Below, piece after piece: positions 26,701-38,480 of a stretch of 64,000 nucleotides of DNA (position 1 is its first letter; the number at the start of each line of letters is the position of its first letter). The DNA comes from Pavona decussata. Lineage: Eukaryota. The notes beneath the pieces are model-generated. The model was given only the letters and a program-made list of their open reading frames with translations. It did not search any database and was not told the origin of the DNA. The stretch covers positions 1,488,001 to 1,552,000 of the forward strand of contig CDRNST010000004.1 in assembly GCA_977016875.1 (NCBI GenBank), given 5' to 3'. Made by a program: the position numbers and the translations under genes.

Positions 26701-29398
26701 CTTGGCCCAGGGAGAGGTCATTCTTGCCTGTACAAGAAGGAGGTTTATACTATGGAATGATCCACTTACTTTTCAAATATAAAGATAGCAAAGAAACAGT
26801 TTGAGCCAGTGAAATCTAAGTTGGTATTTGTTTTAAGGTACATGTAGAAGATCTAATACTAACACACTAACATATGGCATATCAATCAAACTCCAGTATT
26901 GGATGTGTTATGCTTAGAATGTGCTATACATAGGGCCGCCTATTGGCTGTTACAAGTGAAGTGTGTTGATCCTTGACCCTGCACAGTCCATTGCTCACAT
27001 AATTTATTTCACAAAGTTGTGCTTGTCAGCAGAAAGATGTATGGTGAGATAAAACCTGCTTTAATGATTCAGCTTGTAACAAAACTAACTCATTAAAATG
27101 AAATCTTAAGTAGAAATCACTAAATGGATGATTTACTTAATATATAAAATCTCCACTCCTAATAAAATTATCATAGAATTTGTAAATTATATACCTATTG
27201 GGCCCCCATTTTTTCTTGTATTGGTTTGTGTGTTGTTTTGCCAAATAATTTTAATTAGTCAATACGAAGCATAAATGCATTTCCGATTTCGTTTTAACAG
27301 TTAATTTTGCAATATGAAGCCCCTCAACACGCTCCTGTCCGAAACATATCGCTATACTCTCAAAACACTGTTCCTCTTTTGGATAACGAGGTACTTAGTC
27401 CTTAAGTCCAAAAAAAAAAAAAAAGGAAAAAAAAAAAAAAGACAAAGAAAGTGATGTAAAAAAAGAGAACAATAACAAGTTTCGAAAAGACAACACACGA
27501 TTAACTGCGTGACTGATTGGAGGATAAATGGTCTTAATCTCGTCTTGGGGTACAGGCATGAATAAAAATATCGGTCAAGCGAAAAAACACATGTTCGAAA
27601 ACAACCACCTCCCTACAGATCACGCTCACACTCACTACCAAAACTCTTTCAACTGAAGGCAAGCTATGGTTGGGAATTAACTAGAACTTTAAATGCCAAA
27701 TTATTGATTCGTAAAGGCCAGACTTGCGTCAACAACACATCTGTGTGTTTTAGAGATAAAACAGCGGTGGTGGAAAATACCTCGGGGACAAGTGAAATCG
27801 ATCTACCAAACATGTACTGAATAAAGTTTCCAGTTGTAATTGCAAGCAATTTCTTTTACGTGCGCAAAATTTCAAATGAATTGACCGACGGATTCCCAAG
27901 CGGAAATGTCCTTTCGCGGTTAAAAATACCAACATAACCTACGCAATATTCAATTTAGAATATTTTCTGCCATCGGAAAGAATGTTTGTTGTGAGCGCAA
28001 TGTACCATGTTGTACACTGCGAGATTTGTAAGAATATAGTACAGAAATAAACCCCTAAAACTGTGATTCAGGGCATGCGTTTACTGCGCGACGAGAAAAG
28101 CGTATAAATAGAGGGGAAACCGACATTAGTTGTTTGTTTCCTGCGAACATAATTCCGATAATAGGCGTACTTCCACAACAACTGACAACAATTATGAAAC
28201 GAGATGCATCGATCGCTTACATACAACTTTAGGAATTAACCACCGTAAAAAAACGCTTAATTTCCCAAGACTTATTTACGACCGTGGGAACAACAGTTGA
28301 GGTTATTTGGCTTCCTATCGGATCCCCCGACCTTTGTGGGAACAGTATTCGGCAATTGGATAATTGTCGTATTAAGAATTGCGGTCCTTGATATTGTCAA
28401 TGTCACTCATGCGGCTACGGGGACTACATACTGGAGCTCCAAATGCCTCTACGAGAAAATAACGAAGTATTGCAGCTCACTGAAGCGGCCAGACGAAACA
28501 TACAAACATACAAAACAAAGCAAATTTGCGATATGGATTACATGAAAATCGATTTACATTGCAGTTGCGTTCCAATTTTGGGGTGCGATCGCTACTCAAG
28601 GTACTCTCCGCACGCTATATACATTGGATTTTCTAATTTGTGAAAAACCTTAGAAAAAAAAAATCTAAATAAACAAATAAATACCTTTTCTTCTATCACA
28701 GCTGTTTCTTCGGACCAGTGCGCTGTGTTGTCTTCGATATAACCCTGAAGGTCGTCCCCTGACCGCTCCGCACGCGTTTCTGGCGAGTGATGGGATGACT
28801 GCTGGTCGTTACTTAATGCAGTAAATATTTCTTCAGCGCGTGCCTCCGATCCTAGGTTGTCGAGAATATTCACAAAGTCGAGTCGAATTTTCTCCCCTTT
28901 TTCGCTGAGGTTTTCTTCCAATAGAACTTCCTCTAGAAATTCGTTTATTCCAGGCAAGGCAACTTTTATCACTGCGAAATGAATGGCGTACAGTAAAGTT
29001 ACTACTTTGGGATAATTGTTTTACTACAATTAATTATAACAATCCTGTAATGTATCAGCTAAACAGCTAGGATACCGTCTAGAATGAAAACATGTCAAAC
29101 AGCAGTGAGCGCAATATGGATGACGAATAAAACGCGCGCCAAGCAACCCGGAATCAAGAAAGCGTGCTACACGAGGGATTCGCACCAACAAGTCTAGAGC
29201 ATTAAAACATCGATCCCTGTCAGGACTAGCAAACACTACCTGCAAGTTTGTCCGACCCAGAGAGGCTTTTAAAGAACTCTTCAGCGTTCATCTTTTAAAT
29301 CTCCTAGTCAGCTTACTCATTCTCCGCTTTACGAAGCAAACACTGCTGTCCTCAGCAGGGTCACAATTGAAATATGAGCTAAACAACAAGTTGGACAT
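11581..29398 (-). CDS. Large multi-PH adaptor, AFAP1/SKAP-like (N-terminal helical dimerisation-type segment, 4 PH domains, coiled coil), about 1674 aa, 14 coding exons
   Basis: Phase-consistent GT-AG exons on the minus strand: 29317-29398, 28685-28971, 24481-25437, 23653-23749, 23088-23258, 21997-22350, 20299-20631, 18906-19024, 17718-17901, 16670-16911, 16003-16131, 14961-15406, 12632-14204 and 11581-11631 (5025 nt). PH cores: SGVLYIREHPGWHKRWF...RQEWV; SGYLLRKKGPNWKNRWCVV...LEEWL; EGFLNQRVEEDTWLKCWV...YLKWK; SCLFMRNGKGLWTKRWCVL...MLCWI. The first exon is the least certain. Confidence 0.82.
12496..12603. mobile_element. Mini-MITE (about 108 bp) in the last intron of the PH gene
   Basis: Terminal inverted repeat TAGACTGCGA...TCGCAGTCTA. 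Confidence 0.5.
14741..14779. repeat. (AAC)13 microsatellite, intronic
   Basis: Read directly from the sequence. It explains the spurious poly-N and poly-V ORFs here. Confidence 0.95.
17057..17139. mobile_element. Hairpin mini-MITE (about 83 bp)
   Basis: ACCCTATGAGAGCAGACGCCTTTCCG...CGGAAAAGACGTCTGCTCTCATGGGGT form imperfect arms of about 26 bp. Confidence 0.6.
17244..17278. repeat. Perfect 17-bp inverted repeat with a 1-nt spacer
   Basis: ATGAGCTGCAGAGGTCG-G-CGACCTCTGCAGCTCAT. Confidence 0.9.
22632..22954. mobile_element. TA-flanked MITE (about 320 bp), intronic
   Basis: TA|CACTCTGTTCTTTTTATAAGAATAT ... ATATTTTTATAAAGAGAAAAGAGTG|TA: imperfect TIRs with a TA duplication. Confidence 0.6.
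26228..26400. mobile_element. Tc1/mariner-pogo-type MITE (173 bp)
   Basis: TA|CAGTCAACTCCCGACAACTC ... GAGTTATCGGGAGTCGACTG|TA: CAGT termini, TA TSD and internal AACTCGAAC repeats. Confidence 0.85.
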
Positions 29399-32300
29399 TT
29401 GAGACGGCTGCGGAATGTACACACGACGGACAGTTCGCTTCATTTGTATGTTACCGGATATCCTCGGCGCCTAAAACCCTCACATCAATTGCTTCAAGGA
29501 TAAATCACCATTTTGATCCACACTGTGTTCGCTCTCGATAAATATCAAAAGCTGAAGTGTGAAAAATGTAGTGGTAACGTGTCTTATCTATGGAATTTTT
29601 TTTTGGAGTCCTTCGGTCCCGGACATGGACAGTCACTAAAGAGTGTCACTAATGCGCATGGCAACAGCGAATAAACAATACAACTGTCAAAGGGTTGTCA
29701 GGTTGTATTAACTTGATTATTTACTTTTCATTTCATTGGACACTCGGACAAAAGAGTTGCGTTATTAATTAAACGCTGCGGGTTGGGCTTTCAGATAACA
29801 TCCTGACAAATCAGTGTCTTCTAAATCCTTTGGAAGTCATTTTTGCTATAAACTAAGCTTCATGTCAAAATAATGCCGTTTATGTCTACAAGCTTGCGGA
29901 GGCCAGCTTTAAGTTTGATCGTGTTTTGGTGATTTTGTAACCATTGTACGCAAGATACACAAATCGATGCCATTTGAAGGAAGTCGAGAATTGCTTTTCT
30001 TTCATATTGTAATTTTTTTGTTGAGGAAGTGAGAATCAAGGTTACGCATTGTTTGATGTCACTAAGTCAATAAGTAAACTTATTGAACGGAATGGGCGCA
30101 TTCTTAGCAAAACTAGTAATGCACGTCTTAGCCAGTGACGTCTGAGCTGAATTTAACTAAAACCTTGATATATACCAGTGGTGCAATACACTGGCAATAT
30201 TACACCACACTTTACTCATGGCCGAAATGATTCTTTCTGTATAATCTTTCCTATTTTGCATATGTATGAACTGAAATGGGTCAAGATGAAAGCGCGCGTC
30301 TTGCTCCAGCCAAAAAATGGGGAAGCGAACTTGCTAGCTTCTTGGAAACGTCATGGGCCGCAGAGCCCTGGTTGCATAGTTCCACGCCTTCAGCAGAAAC
30401 CTCAGTACTGAAAACTCAGCTAAAACGTCCATTTTTAAGAATTAGACAGTAGGTTGAAATGAAGCTGTAATTGTCGCTCCATCAGACGGATGAATCGTAA
30501 ACGATGTTGACAGAACATAGCTAATTATTGTACCCAAACCTTGATTCTAATCACTAAATTATCTGTTTGCTCCACCTACCTAAAGTACGTCGAGTTCACA
30601 TTCGGATGACTCGGGTAGTTTTGCAAAAGAAACCAAATGCGAACATTTATGCCGGTCTAAGTAACTGATTGCCTAGCAAGTCATACAGCAAGCTAACAAA
30701 TCAAATTCTAATCATTTACAATCGCCCTGTCTCTTAAAGAATACTGACTGAATATGTTGTGTTGAGTGCATCACTTACACTTAACAAAGACACTCCTTTG
30801 AAGTTGAACCTGCTCAGTCAGGATGCATTCCGCTTTCTCGCGCTTTCCCTGTAACCACACGACAGTAAAGTTATCATCGGTTTCAAACAACCAACGGCGC
30901 TGTGTAAGGATTCTTTAGGAACAAACACATTTTGACGTCACTTAGTCATGCATGACTTGAAATCTTTTTGTTGAGCTATTCACAAGGGACGGCAAGCTGA
31001 AAAGAAATTATTTTGTTTGACGTAATGGCTGGCTTGTTATCGCGACAGCTTCGGCAAATACAGAGAGTGCCCAAAAGTTACATACAATTGTCAACTTCAT
31101 TATTGTGCTAAGACCGATAAATTTCTTTCATCATACTGTGTCAGTCGAGCCCGTATTTTAAGCTGCCACTCCCTTCAGTTAAACGGACAGTAAGCAGGGT
31201 CCCGAAATTTTGTTCCCATGTTTTTTTCAAAAAGTCCCTGTATTGAACAGACGCCTAAAAATGGCTAAAATGGTCAATTTTATTGTCAAAAATCCGTATT
31301 GAACGAACATTTGCAGTAAAATTCTTTTCACTGAATATAAAATCCATCCGTTTTCTGGAAACTTCCTCACCTCAGAACCTTACCGCGAGAATCCAATGTA
31401 TTGAATATTTCACTGGAGCAAAGTTGAAAGAAATAGTTTTCGCCCGACAGTAATTCAGAATGAACGCCATCGCGGAAAGAGAATGTCTTTTGAAGACTGT
31501 ATATAGTCTCCACACGCGGAAATGGTAACCAGTAAAAACTGCAATTGCAAATCCATGAGAATCATTGTCCGACTCCTTGGCATGTTTTACCTGAGAAACT
31601 ACAGTTATACAGCGTAGCAGGTTAATGCAGTTTGTTTGTGTAGGCTAGCTTTTTTTCTTCAGCCGTTAATCCTGAAAATGCTGCGGCATGTCAGATCGAT
31701 CTGTCTCGGTAGTAATTTATGGCTTCAGTTTTGAAAGTGCCCCCCAGAGATACCGAAAGTTATCGCTCAACTATCCAAGCTCTTTCAAAGTATTCACTGT
31801 TCTTAGAGTGACCGATTTGAGAGCTAATCAGTCACTTCGTAAATTGTAAGTTTGATAAGATTTAACCGAAACATTGCCCATGGTAAGCTTGTCGTTAGCA
31901 CATGTCGTTTACAACAAAATCGCCCTTAAAGTCAGTGCTACTGAAACGAAATTTTCATATACACTTTTATTGCCTCAATTTATAGTCTGAAAGGTGCTTA
32001 TAAAGATGGCAAAGTTTGTTCTAAAGAAACGAAAAGGAAGGATTTTTTTTTTTCGCTGCTAACTGAAACACTGATAACCATGACTAAAACATTTACAACT
32101 GTCTGCGGGCAGGCAATCAGATCCAATCCTGACAGAAACAGACTGATCAATCTTGGTGATCCTTTGTCGTCCGTGACAAATTATGACAATTTTGAAGTTA
32201 AATTCCTCACGTCGGAAGTTGAGTTTAAAAGGATTTTAACTATCAACACATCTTGATAGCGGTTGCCCACGGAATTTTTAAACACGATTAGGAGGAAGTG

Positions 32301-33005
32301 ATGTAGGTTCTTTGGTGCCAACAAGAACACTAAACTTTTTAAAACTCTTGACCGGCTTTCGGGCAAGAAATAAGTCTTTTCTTTTATCTTGTAAAATGTT
32401 TCCTAAACTGTTGTAACCAAACTTACATTGTGCAATAAAGTTGCTGTACTAATCGTGCCACTGGAACCTTCGACGGCTGCTTGAGACCATTCTTTCTAAT
32501 TTGTTTGAGAAAGTATGCCTGAATTAACTAAGACCGAGGCTTGACTTGGCCTACGTGCTGGTTTTTCAGGATGCGATGTAATTTAAAAAAATGAAAACGA
32601 CCATTGAAGGATGGGCACTATATATATACTGATGACCTCTCAAGTTAAGGACTCTTCCCGCTAAAATCCGGTGATTTGTACACGTTGAAAGACAGTACCG
32701 CCACCGATCAGTTCCTACTAATTATTTCTTTTCTTGTTGTTCGTGGAAAGTTTTTGCAACTTAGCCGGAAGCAGGTTCTGCATGCCGTGCCCGCTTTTTA
32801 GCTCAGAATTGTTGCTGAAATTTGTTAGACGAAATGATACCGTAAATTAAATTTGTTAAATCTTCTGACTGGCCAGCCCGCAGAAACAAGGTGAATGTCT
32901 TTTCAGAGTCAGTCAAAGTAATTTAAAACAGTTTTGTGAGAGTTTTGTTGAACTGGATATGTAGTGCTGAATGAAGATGGCCAGAACTGAATCAACTGAA
33001 TTAGT

Positions 33006-33084
33006 GCCTGTGCGCCCTCTCGCACACAAGCCCTATAGATTGTCGGACAATCTATAGGGCTTGTGTGAGAGAGGGCACGTAGGC
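33006..33084. repeat. 39-bp-arm palindrome with a 1-nt centre
   Basis: GCCTGTGCGCCCTCTCGCACACAAGCCCTATAGATTGTC-G-GACAATCTATAGGGCTTGTGTGAGAGAGGGCACGTAGGC; the inner 22 bp are perfectly complementary. Confidence 0.9.
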
Positions 33085-35899
33085 CATTGGTGGTTTGTTT
33101 TGATGTGACAGTCTAATCTTATGTTTACCAGGTTTTGTTTTTATTAATTCAAAAGTCAGCAGAGTCTATTTACACCCTATGCGTAAACCAAGGAGTAGGC
33201 ACGGCAAGCTAATAAAATAATAAGGAAGGGAGAGATTTGTAATCCACTATTGATTACATAACACACACAGCCGTTTTCGTGAAGTTACGCACCCCTATTT
33301 ACCACAGAAGAGTTTACAACTTGAGTCATTAAATTCTCTCTTAGTCCGGCAGATTAAAAGAGTTTGGCATCTTTTCGTGATCTGTTGTTTGACCAAAGTG
33401 AGATTAAAAATGTTTATCGACAAGTATGTACTAGCTAGACACGACAATGTTTTCATGTTATGGCTGTCGAATTTGTTAACCGACTGTCGGTTTTTAATTC
33501 ATGACCTGTCTTCAGTAACATTTTTTAAGCTTTAAATAAGTTCAATGCTAGCCTGATTAACCATCCAATTCAGTCATCAGTTTCACCTGGTTTCACAAAC
33601 AACATTCAATTAACGTCAACATGATTATTTTTAGCTCAATATAAACGTTTTATTTCTTAAATTAGAATTCTTGTTTTGGATAGTTTGCTCGCGGCGGAAC
33701 TAAAGCCTCTCAGTGCGAGGACCTGCAAGTCGGTTGTAAACTACGGATCGGTGTCTCACAAGCTGAAGGCATGGCGGTGAGAACATGTGTGTGGCCGGAA
33801 TGGCAGTGAGTAGGCCTCTCTTGTTAAACATAAACAATGACGGCTCAAACATCACATGCTTGTCAGTTGAAAAACATTCTTAAATCCTTGGCAACAAAAT
33901 GAACACTCAAGGTAAAAGGCCAAAACACGTTCAATGCACTCGAAATATCGTTGTTTCGGTAAGCTAATTAAGAAAATTCTTTCTTAACAAAATCATCGAC
34001 GGGCAGTTTAAACGAAATTGCATGACTCTTTGATGAGTACGTACCCTGCCAATCTTAACAGAGTCTTTAATCCGAAATATTACCTTAACTGGATAATAAT
34101 CTGCGGCCGGCGATATAGCTGGTTCGTGGTTTACGGGCTACGCTAAAGCCGTGATAATCAGATTCTTAGCACGGCTTCTTTTGTTTACTCAATTTTTTCT
34201 ATAACACGAAAACAAACTCTTCATTCAATTCAAGTCACGGACATGAGTAATGTTTAAACAATGTGACCGACACCTGACCCACCCTACATGCACGCAACCT
34301 ATGCCTACCTTTCGATGATTTGCAATAACAAACGGAAACGAATTCTCCGCTGTTGTTCACGTATCGTCACGTGTAATAACTGATTCCGCACGCACTTAGA
34401 TTCCACAGCGTGAAAACTCGAAACCCTTCCATCACTGAACACAAACCTGCAGTGATACAATAGATGGCTCTGCTAATTATGTAGGACTGTCAATTCACAT
34501 GAAAATTAGTTTAGAAGTATGTGTTTTTGTTTTTGTCCCCATTCCTAAGAAAATGGCACTCGAGCGATGTTAAAAATTTTGACCTTGATTACTATCCAGC
34601 TACCGTTTGTTGATTACAGGTATAATCTGTTTTTCATCACCTTCGCCCGACCTCAAATGCATAACAGTGAAGGGTTCATTGACTTTCACAAAATGTAGAG
34701 AGGAAAAAAAAAAATAGATATGGCACCGACACCAGGACGCCGGACGATTTATGACAATGCAGAGATTTGTTAAAGGTGAATTGGTAACTGAAAAATCAGT
34801 TAAGGCGCAATCTCAAGGTATAAGCTTTGCAAATTGATAGTTTTTTAAGTCAAGCCTCTTGTGTGATAAGAAATTCGACGGAATTAAACTTAGACAAATG
34901 AAGCTGAGGAGGCTACTTATTGCTGAACAGCGTGCATTCAAGATTGGTGTCACCTACAATCTGCTTGTTTGAATGTGCAATTTCTTTCGTTGATACTTTT
35001 CTTCTTTTCGCTCTTTCTGTCGTTCTTAATGTATTTTCCTTGGTAGTCTTGGTAGGATCTGTAAACTACTGTATTTATCAGTAATGAATTTTATCGTGCA
35101 ACGAACAGTTGAAAAGATAACTTGGAATGTAGCTTGCCTATTTCCGGTGTCCTCTTGATCTTACTTGAAGAAAAAATACTGTTATGAGCAAGCTTAAAAA
35201 AATGCTAAAATGGGACGGAGGATCTAGAGTGTCTTTGAATTGGGTTGTTCACATTATTTCGTACAGAGACAAGTTCGCAGCCGTGACGGAACGATGGGCA
35301 TTGGATGAAGTACAAGGAAAAACTTTGTTTTTCCGTCTGCTCCGAAGCGTGCGTGAAGCAATTTTTGACATCTTCCGATGGTTCCGCTTTGACAACTTGT
35401 TTACAGCCTTTTCTTATTGGCCTATTTGAGGTTGGACAAGACTCCCACGTATTCAGTTAATCCTCCAAGATACGTCAAGGGTCTGAACGTGCTGAACATA
35501 TCCTGGCGGAATTTATCTCAGACAAATAAACGCTGGCTTCTATCTCCCTATCTTAGTATTTTACCAAACCATTGCCATCGATTCGTTTCATCGATCCTTT
35601 CTTTTGATTGGCGAGAAACAACTCCACCTGCAACTGCAAATAATCAGTCTGACATGCGCTTTACAGTAGTTAAAAAAAGGAAGCCGACCTCAGTTTACCA
35701 CCGGAATTCCAAAATCGTGAAAAGCAAGCGAAAGAATCAAAAATAACACACTCACTGAACTCTGTTGAATATCGCAGATTGAAAAGACCTTATTTTCCTG
35801 TTGAATCGGTTTTCAGCGATGCCTTTGATTTTTCTGTGGGTTTTATTTCAGTCTATTCACTAAAATAACTTCCTTTCCATTCGAATTGGCATGGCATGG

Positions 35900-36090
35900 C
35901 CGCCGGCCGTTTTGAATTGCGTCAAATATGGCTCGAATTACACTATCTGTATGGGAATCCGATGATAGATAATTTCCATTTGAATTCATTCCTGAAATAT
36001 CGAAGCTCTGTAAACTGAAGATATCTGGCCAAAGATTTTACTGAACAATCGTGTGACATCTACAGTTGTAGATGCGATAAGACGGTCATG
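35900..36090 (+). repeat. Diverged single arm related to the fold-back element at 10418-10940
   Basis: Colinear similarity by eye: GCCGTTTTGA...TGTATGGGAATCCGATG...ATAATTT...CTGAAA versus GCCATTTTGA...TGTATGGAGATCCGATG...ATAATTT...CTGAAA. Confidence 0.45.
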
Positions 36091-36567
36091 TAATCGTTCT
36101 AAGGAGCTAAGGGTGGCTTTGTTGGGCTAACTCAAAACGGATTGTATATATTGCCCTCTTTGTGATCCCCCGAACCTGACCAAGTCCCTTTAAAAGACAT
36201 TTTTTCTTCCGAAATAACGGTCGGAGGATCACAGTGATGAAATGGTGCAAATTAGGTATTTATCCTCTGACCACCACGTGCAAATTCCACGCATTGATTC
36301 GCAGGCGTTCAAACCTCCCACCATGAAAATAGGGTAAAAGTACAGGCACTTAAACGGATTAAAAGAGCTAGATTTACAAGTATGGCTCTCCCGGACCCTC
36401 AGCTCTGTTAAACTTCGGCTTCTTCATAATAAATGGACTTAGAGCGTCACTGCTCCCTTACTACTCCTGGATGGGACGCTACAAGCTAGCCCATGTATTG
36501 CAGTCTTTCCACCCAATATTTTGTTACCGTATCCCAACTATTCCGGCAATTTGCATTTGTTTACCTG

Positions 36568-36801
36568 GGCCCAGTTTTTCAAAGCCCGATTAAACTAAGT
36601 CTGGATTAACGTGAACTTTGATTCGACTTTAACAACTAATCAATAAAGATTCTTCAAAAAGAGGTTTGGCCCCCAGTTTGAACTTTTCCTTACCTTTACG
36701 GCTTGAAATTAGCCTTTGAACCATTTTTAACGAGCGAGATGAAAACCTTGATTAACTTTTAATCGTAGATTAGCGTTAATCAGCTTTCGAGCACCCCGGC
36801 A
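36568..36801. mobile_element. Harbinger-like MITE (about 234 bp)
   Basis: CTG|GGCCCAGTTTTTCAAAGCCCGATTAA ... TTAATCAGCTTTCGAGCACCCCGGCA|CTG: degenerate TIRs with a 3-bp CTG duplication. Confidence 0.55.
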
Positions 36802-37239
36802 CTGCTGTAAAGTAAAGGAACTGACAAGGATTCATGTAACACACCTGCATGCAGAGATCAAGAAACAAAGAAACCACAGACGATTGGATGGAAAGACCAC
36901 CACTCCGGTATACCCACGAATGGCTTTATCGTCACCGTCAGGGTATAGTTGACCGCTGCTGGGAACTGAGACTGACAGGCATGTCAGTAGCTGCTCGACA
37001 CAGACCCGATCGATGTGTTTTTTTTTTAAATTTTCCTTTTTCAAAAAAAAAAAAAAAAAAAAAAACACGTTACCTTCTAGCACCATGGCTGCTAAGGTCC
37101 TTACAGGGTTGTTTGTAGTCGGTTACAGTATTGGTTCTACTGTACAAACACACGTCACTGCCGTAGATCAATCAGTTGAAAAAGCAACAACGCGTTGTGG
37201 ACTTGACAATACTATGCCAAAGATCCTTAAATTGAGAAT

Positions 37240-37600
37240 GATGTGTTTTTCTAGAAAGTGACACAGGCGAACTCGCTTGATCAGGAGTGGAACCTAAGAC
37301 CTTCATTGTCAACCAACAATGTGTAGTATACAAATTTAAATGTAACCTGTGCGATGCAGGATATGTGGGCACCTGTATGAGCGCGTAGCCACGGACACAA
37401 AAGAAAGTCGTCTTCCATTTACAAACACTACCATCTTCAACATAATGGACAGATGCCACAGCGTTTTAGAACAGTTTCACGTGCTTGCGAAATGCACCAA
37501 CAAATTTGATTGCCTCATTCATGAGATGCTATTCTTACGCAAACTCAAACCAGAACTGAACGTGCAAACTGATTCAATTCGCGCTTAAGTATTTGTTTAA
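37240..37600 (+). mobile_element. Penelope-like retroelement fragment (GIY-YIG endonuclease C-terminus), decayed
   Basis: Across frameshifts it reads IVNQQCVVYKFKCNLCDAGYVG...HLYERV...SSIYKHY...FDCLIHEMLFLRKLKPELNVQ. The VVY...YVG and KPELN motifs match Penelope-type GIY-YIG domains. Confidence 0.82.
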
Positions 37601-37641
37601 CCATCTATTAGTGTGTTAATTTTCAGCTCTAGCCTATTTAC

Positions 37642-37651
37642 AATAATAATA

Positions 37652-37698
<47 letters not shown>

Positions 37699-37712
37699 AA
37701 TAATAATAATAA
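37642..37712. repeat. Compound microsatellite (AAT)4(GAT)15(AAT)4
   Basis: Read directly from the sequence. Confidence 0.95.
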
Positions 37713-38480
37713 CATCCCGGGGATGTGAAGTGTAGGCTATGTGGTCATGCCCAGGAAAGTGTCCCGCACATTCTGGCCGGGTGTTCTTCACTAGCTCAGA
37801 ACAAGTATTTGCTCAGACATAACATGGCTTTAAAAGTCCTGTTCTACGAGCTCCTACGTGACCAAGATCTTCTTGACGAAGTACCACCATGGTACTCGCC
37901 AGTGATGCCAAAGCCGGTGTTCAAGTCACGGAACAAGTAGAAGCGTGGTGGGATGTACCTGTGTATGCAGATCATCAGGAGGTGCGAGCCAACCGGGTCG
38001 ATGCGAGGGTTGTGAATCATGAGAACAAGAAAGTCATGACCATAGAGATGAGTTGTCCATGGAGGAGAAAACCATGAAGTATGGTCCCTTAAGGTGGGAC
38101 CTGAAGGAGCAATATAAAGGATATGAGGTGCACCAGTATAACATTATCATGGATGTGCTAGGCGGCTGGTCGGAAGAGACAGAGATTAGTGTGCGATCAC
38201 TGGTTGGGCGGAAGACTACTCAAGTCCTAGAGAAAATGCAGAAGGCGGTTTTATCGGCGACGCTGAACACTGCAAGAACTTTCAAAGTAGTAACATGATG
38301 TTTTATTATACCAAGATTGATAGACCAGCCATGAATAGACCAGCTATGACTTTTATACATTTTTATATAAACTATGACTTTTAGATATTTTTATATAATT
38401 TATATTTTTAGACTATGCCTTTTATATATTTTTATATACTTTATATTTTTTAGATATGTATATATATTTTATTGATTTAT
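37713..38480 (+). mobile_element. 3' fragment of an RLE-type non-LTR retrotransposon (R4/Dong/Rex6-like)
   Basis: ORFs 37725-37940, 37889-38077 and 38053-38298 join through frameshifts. They give a CRLC...HILAGC zinc knuckle, [21 protein letters not shown]...TIEMSCP (RLE core), EKTMKY and MQKAVL. An AT-rich, internally repeated tail (ACTATGACTTTT units) follows at 38345-38480. Confidence 0.82.

Noticed and set aside
37597-37791. Poly-Ile ORF
   Set aside because: Reverse translation of the AAT/GAT microsatellite.
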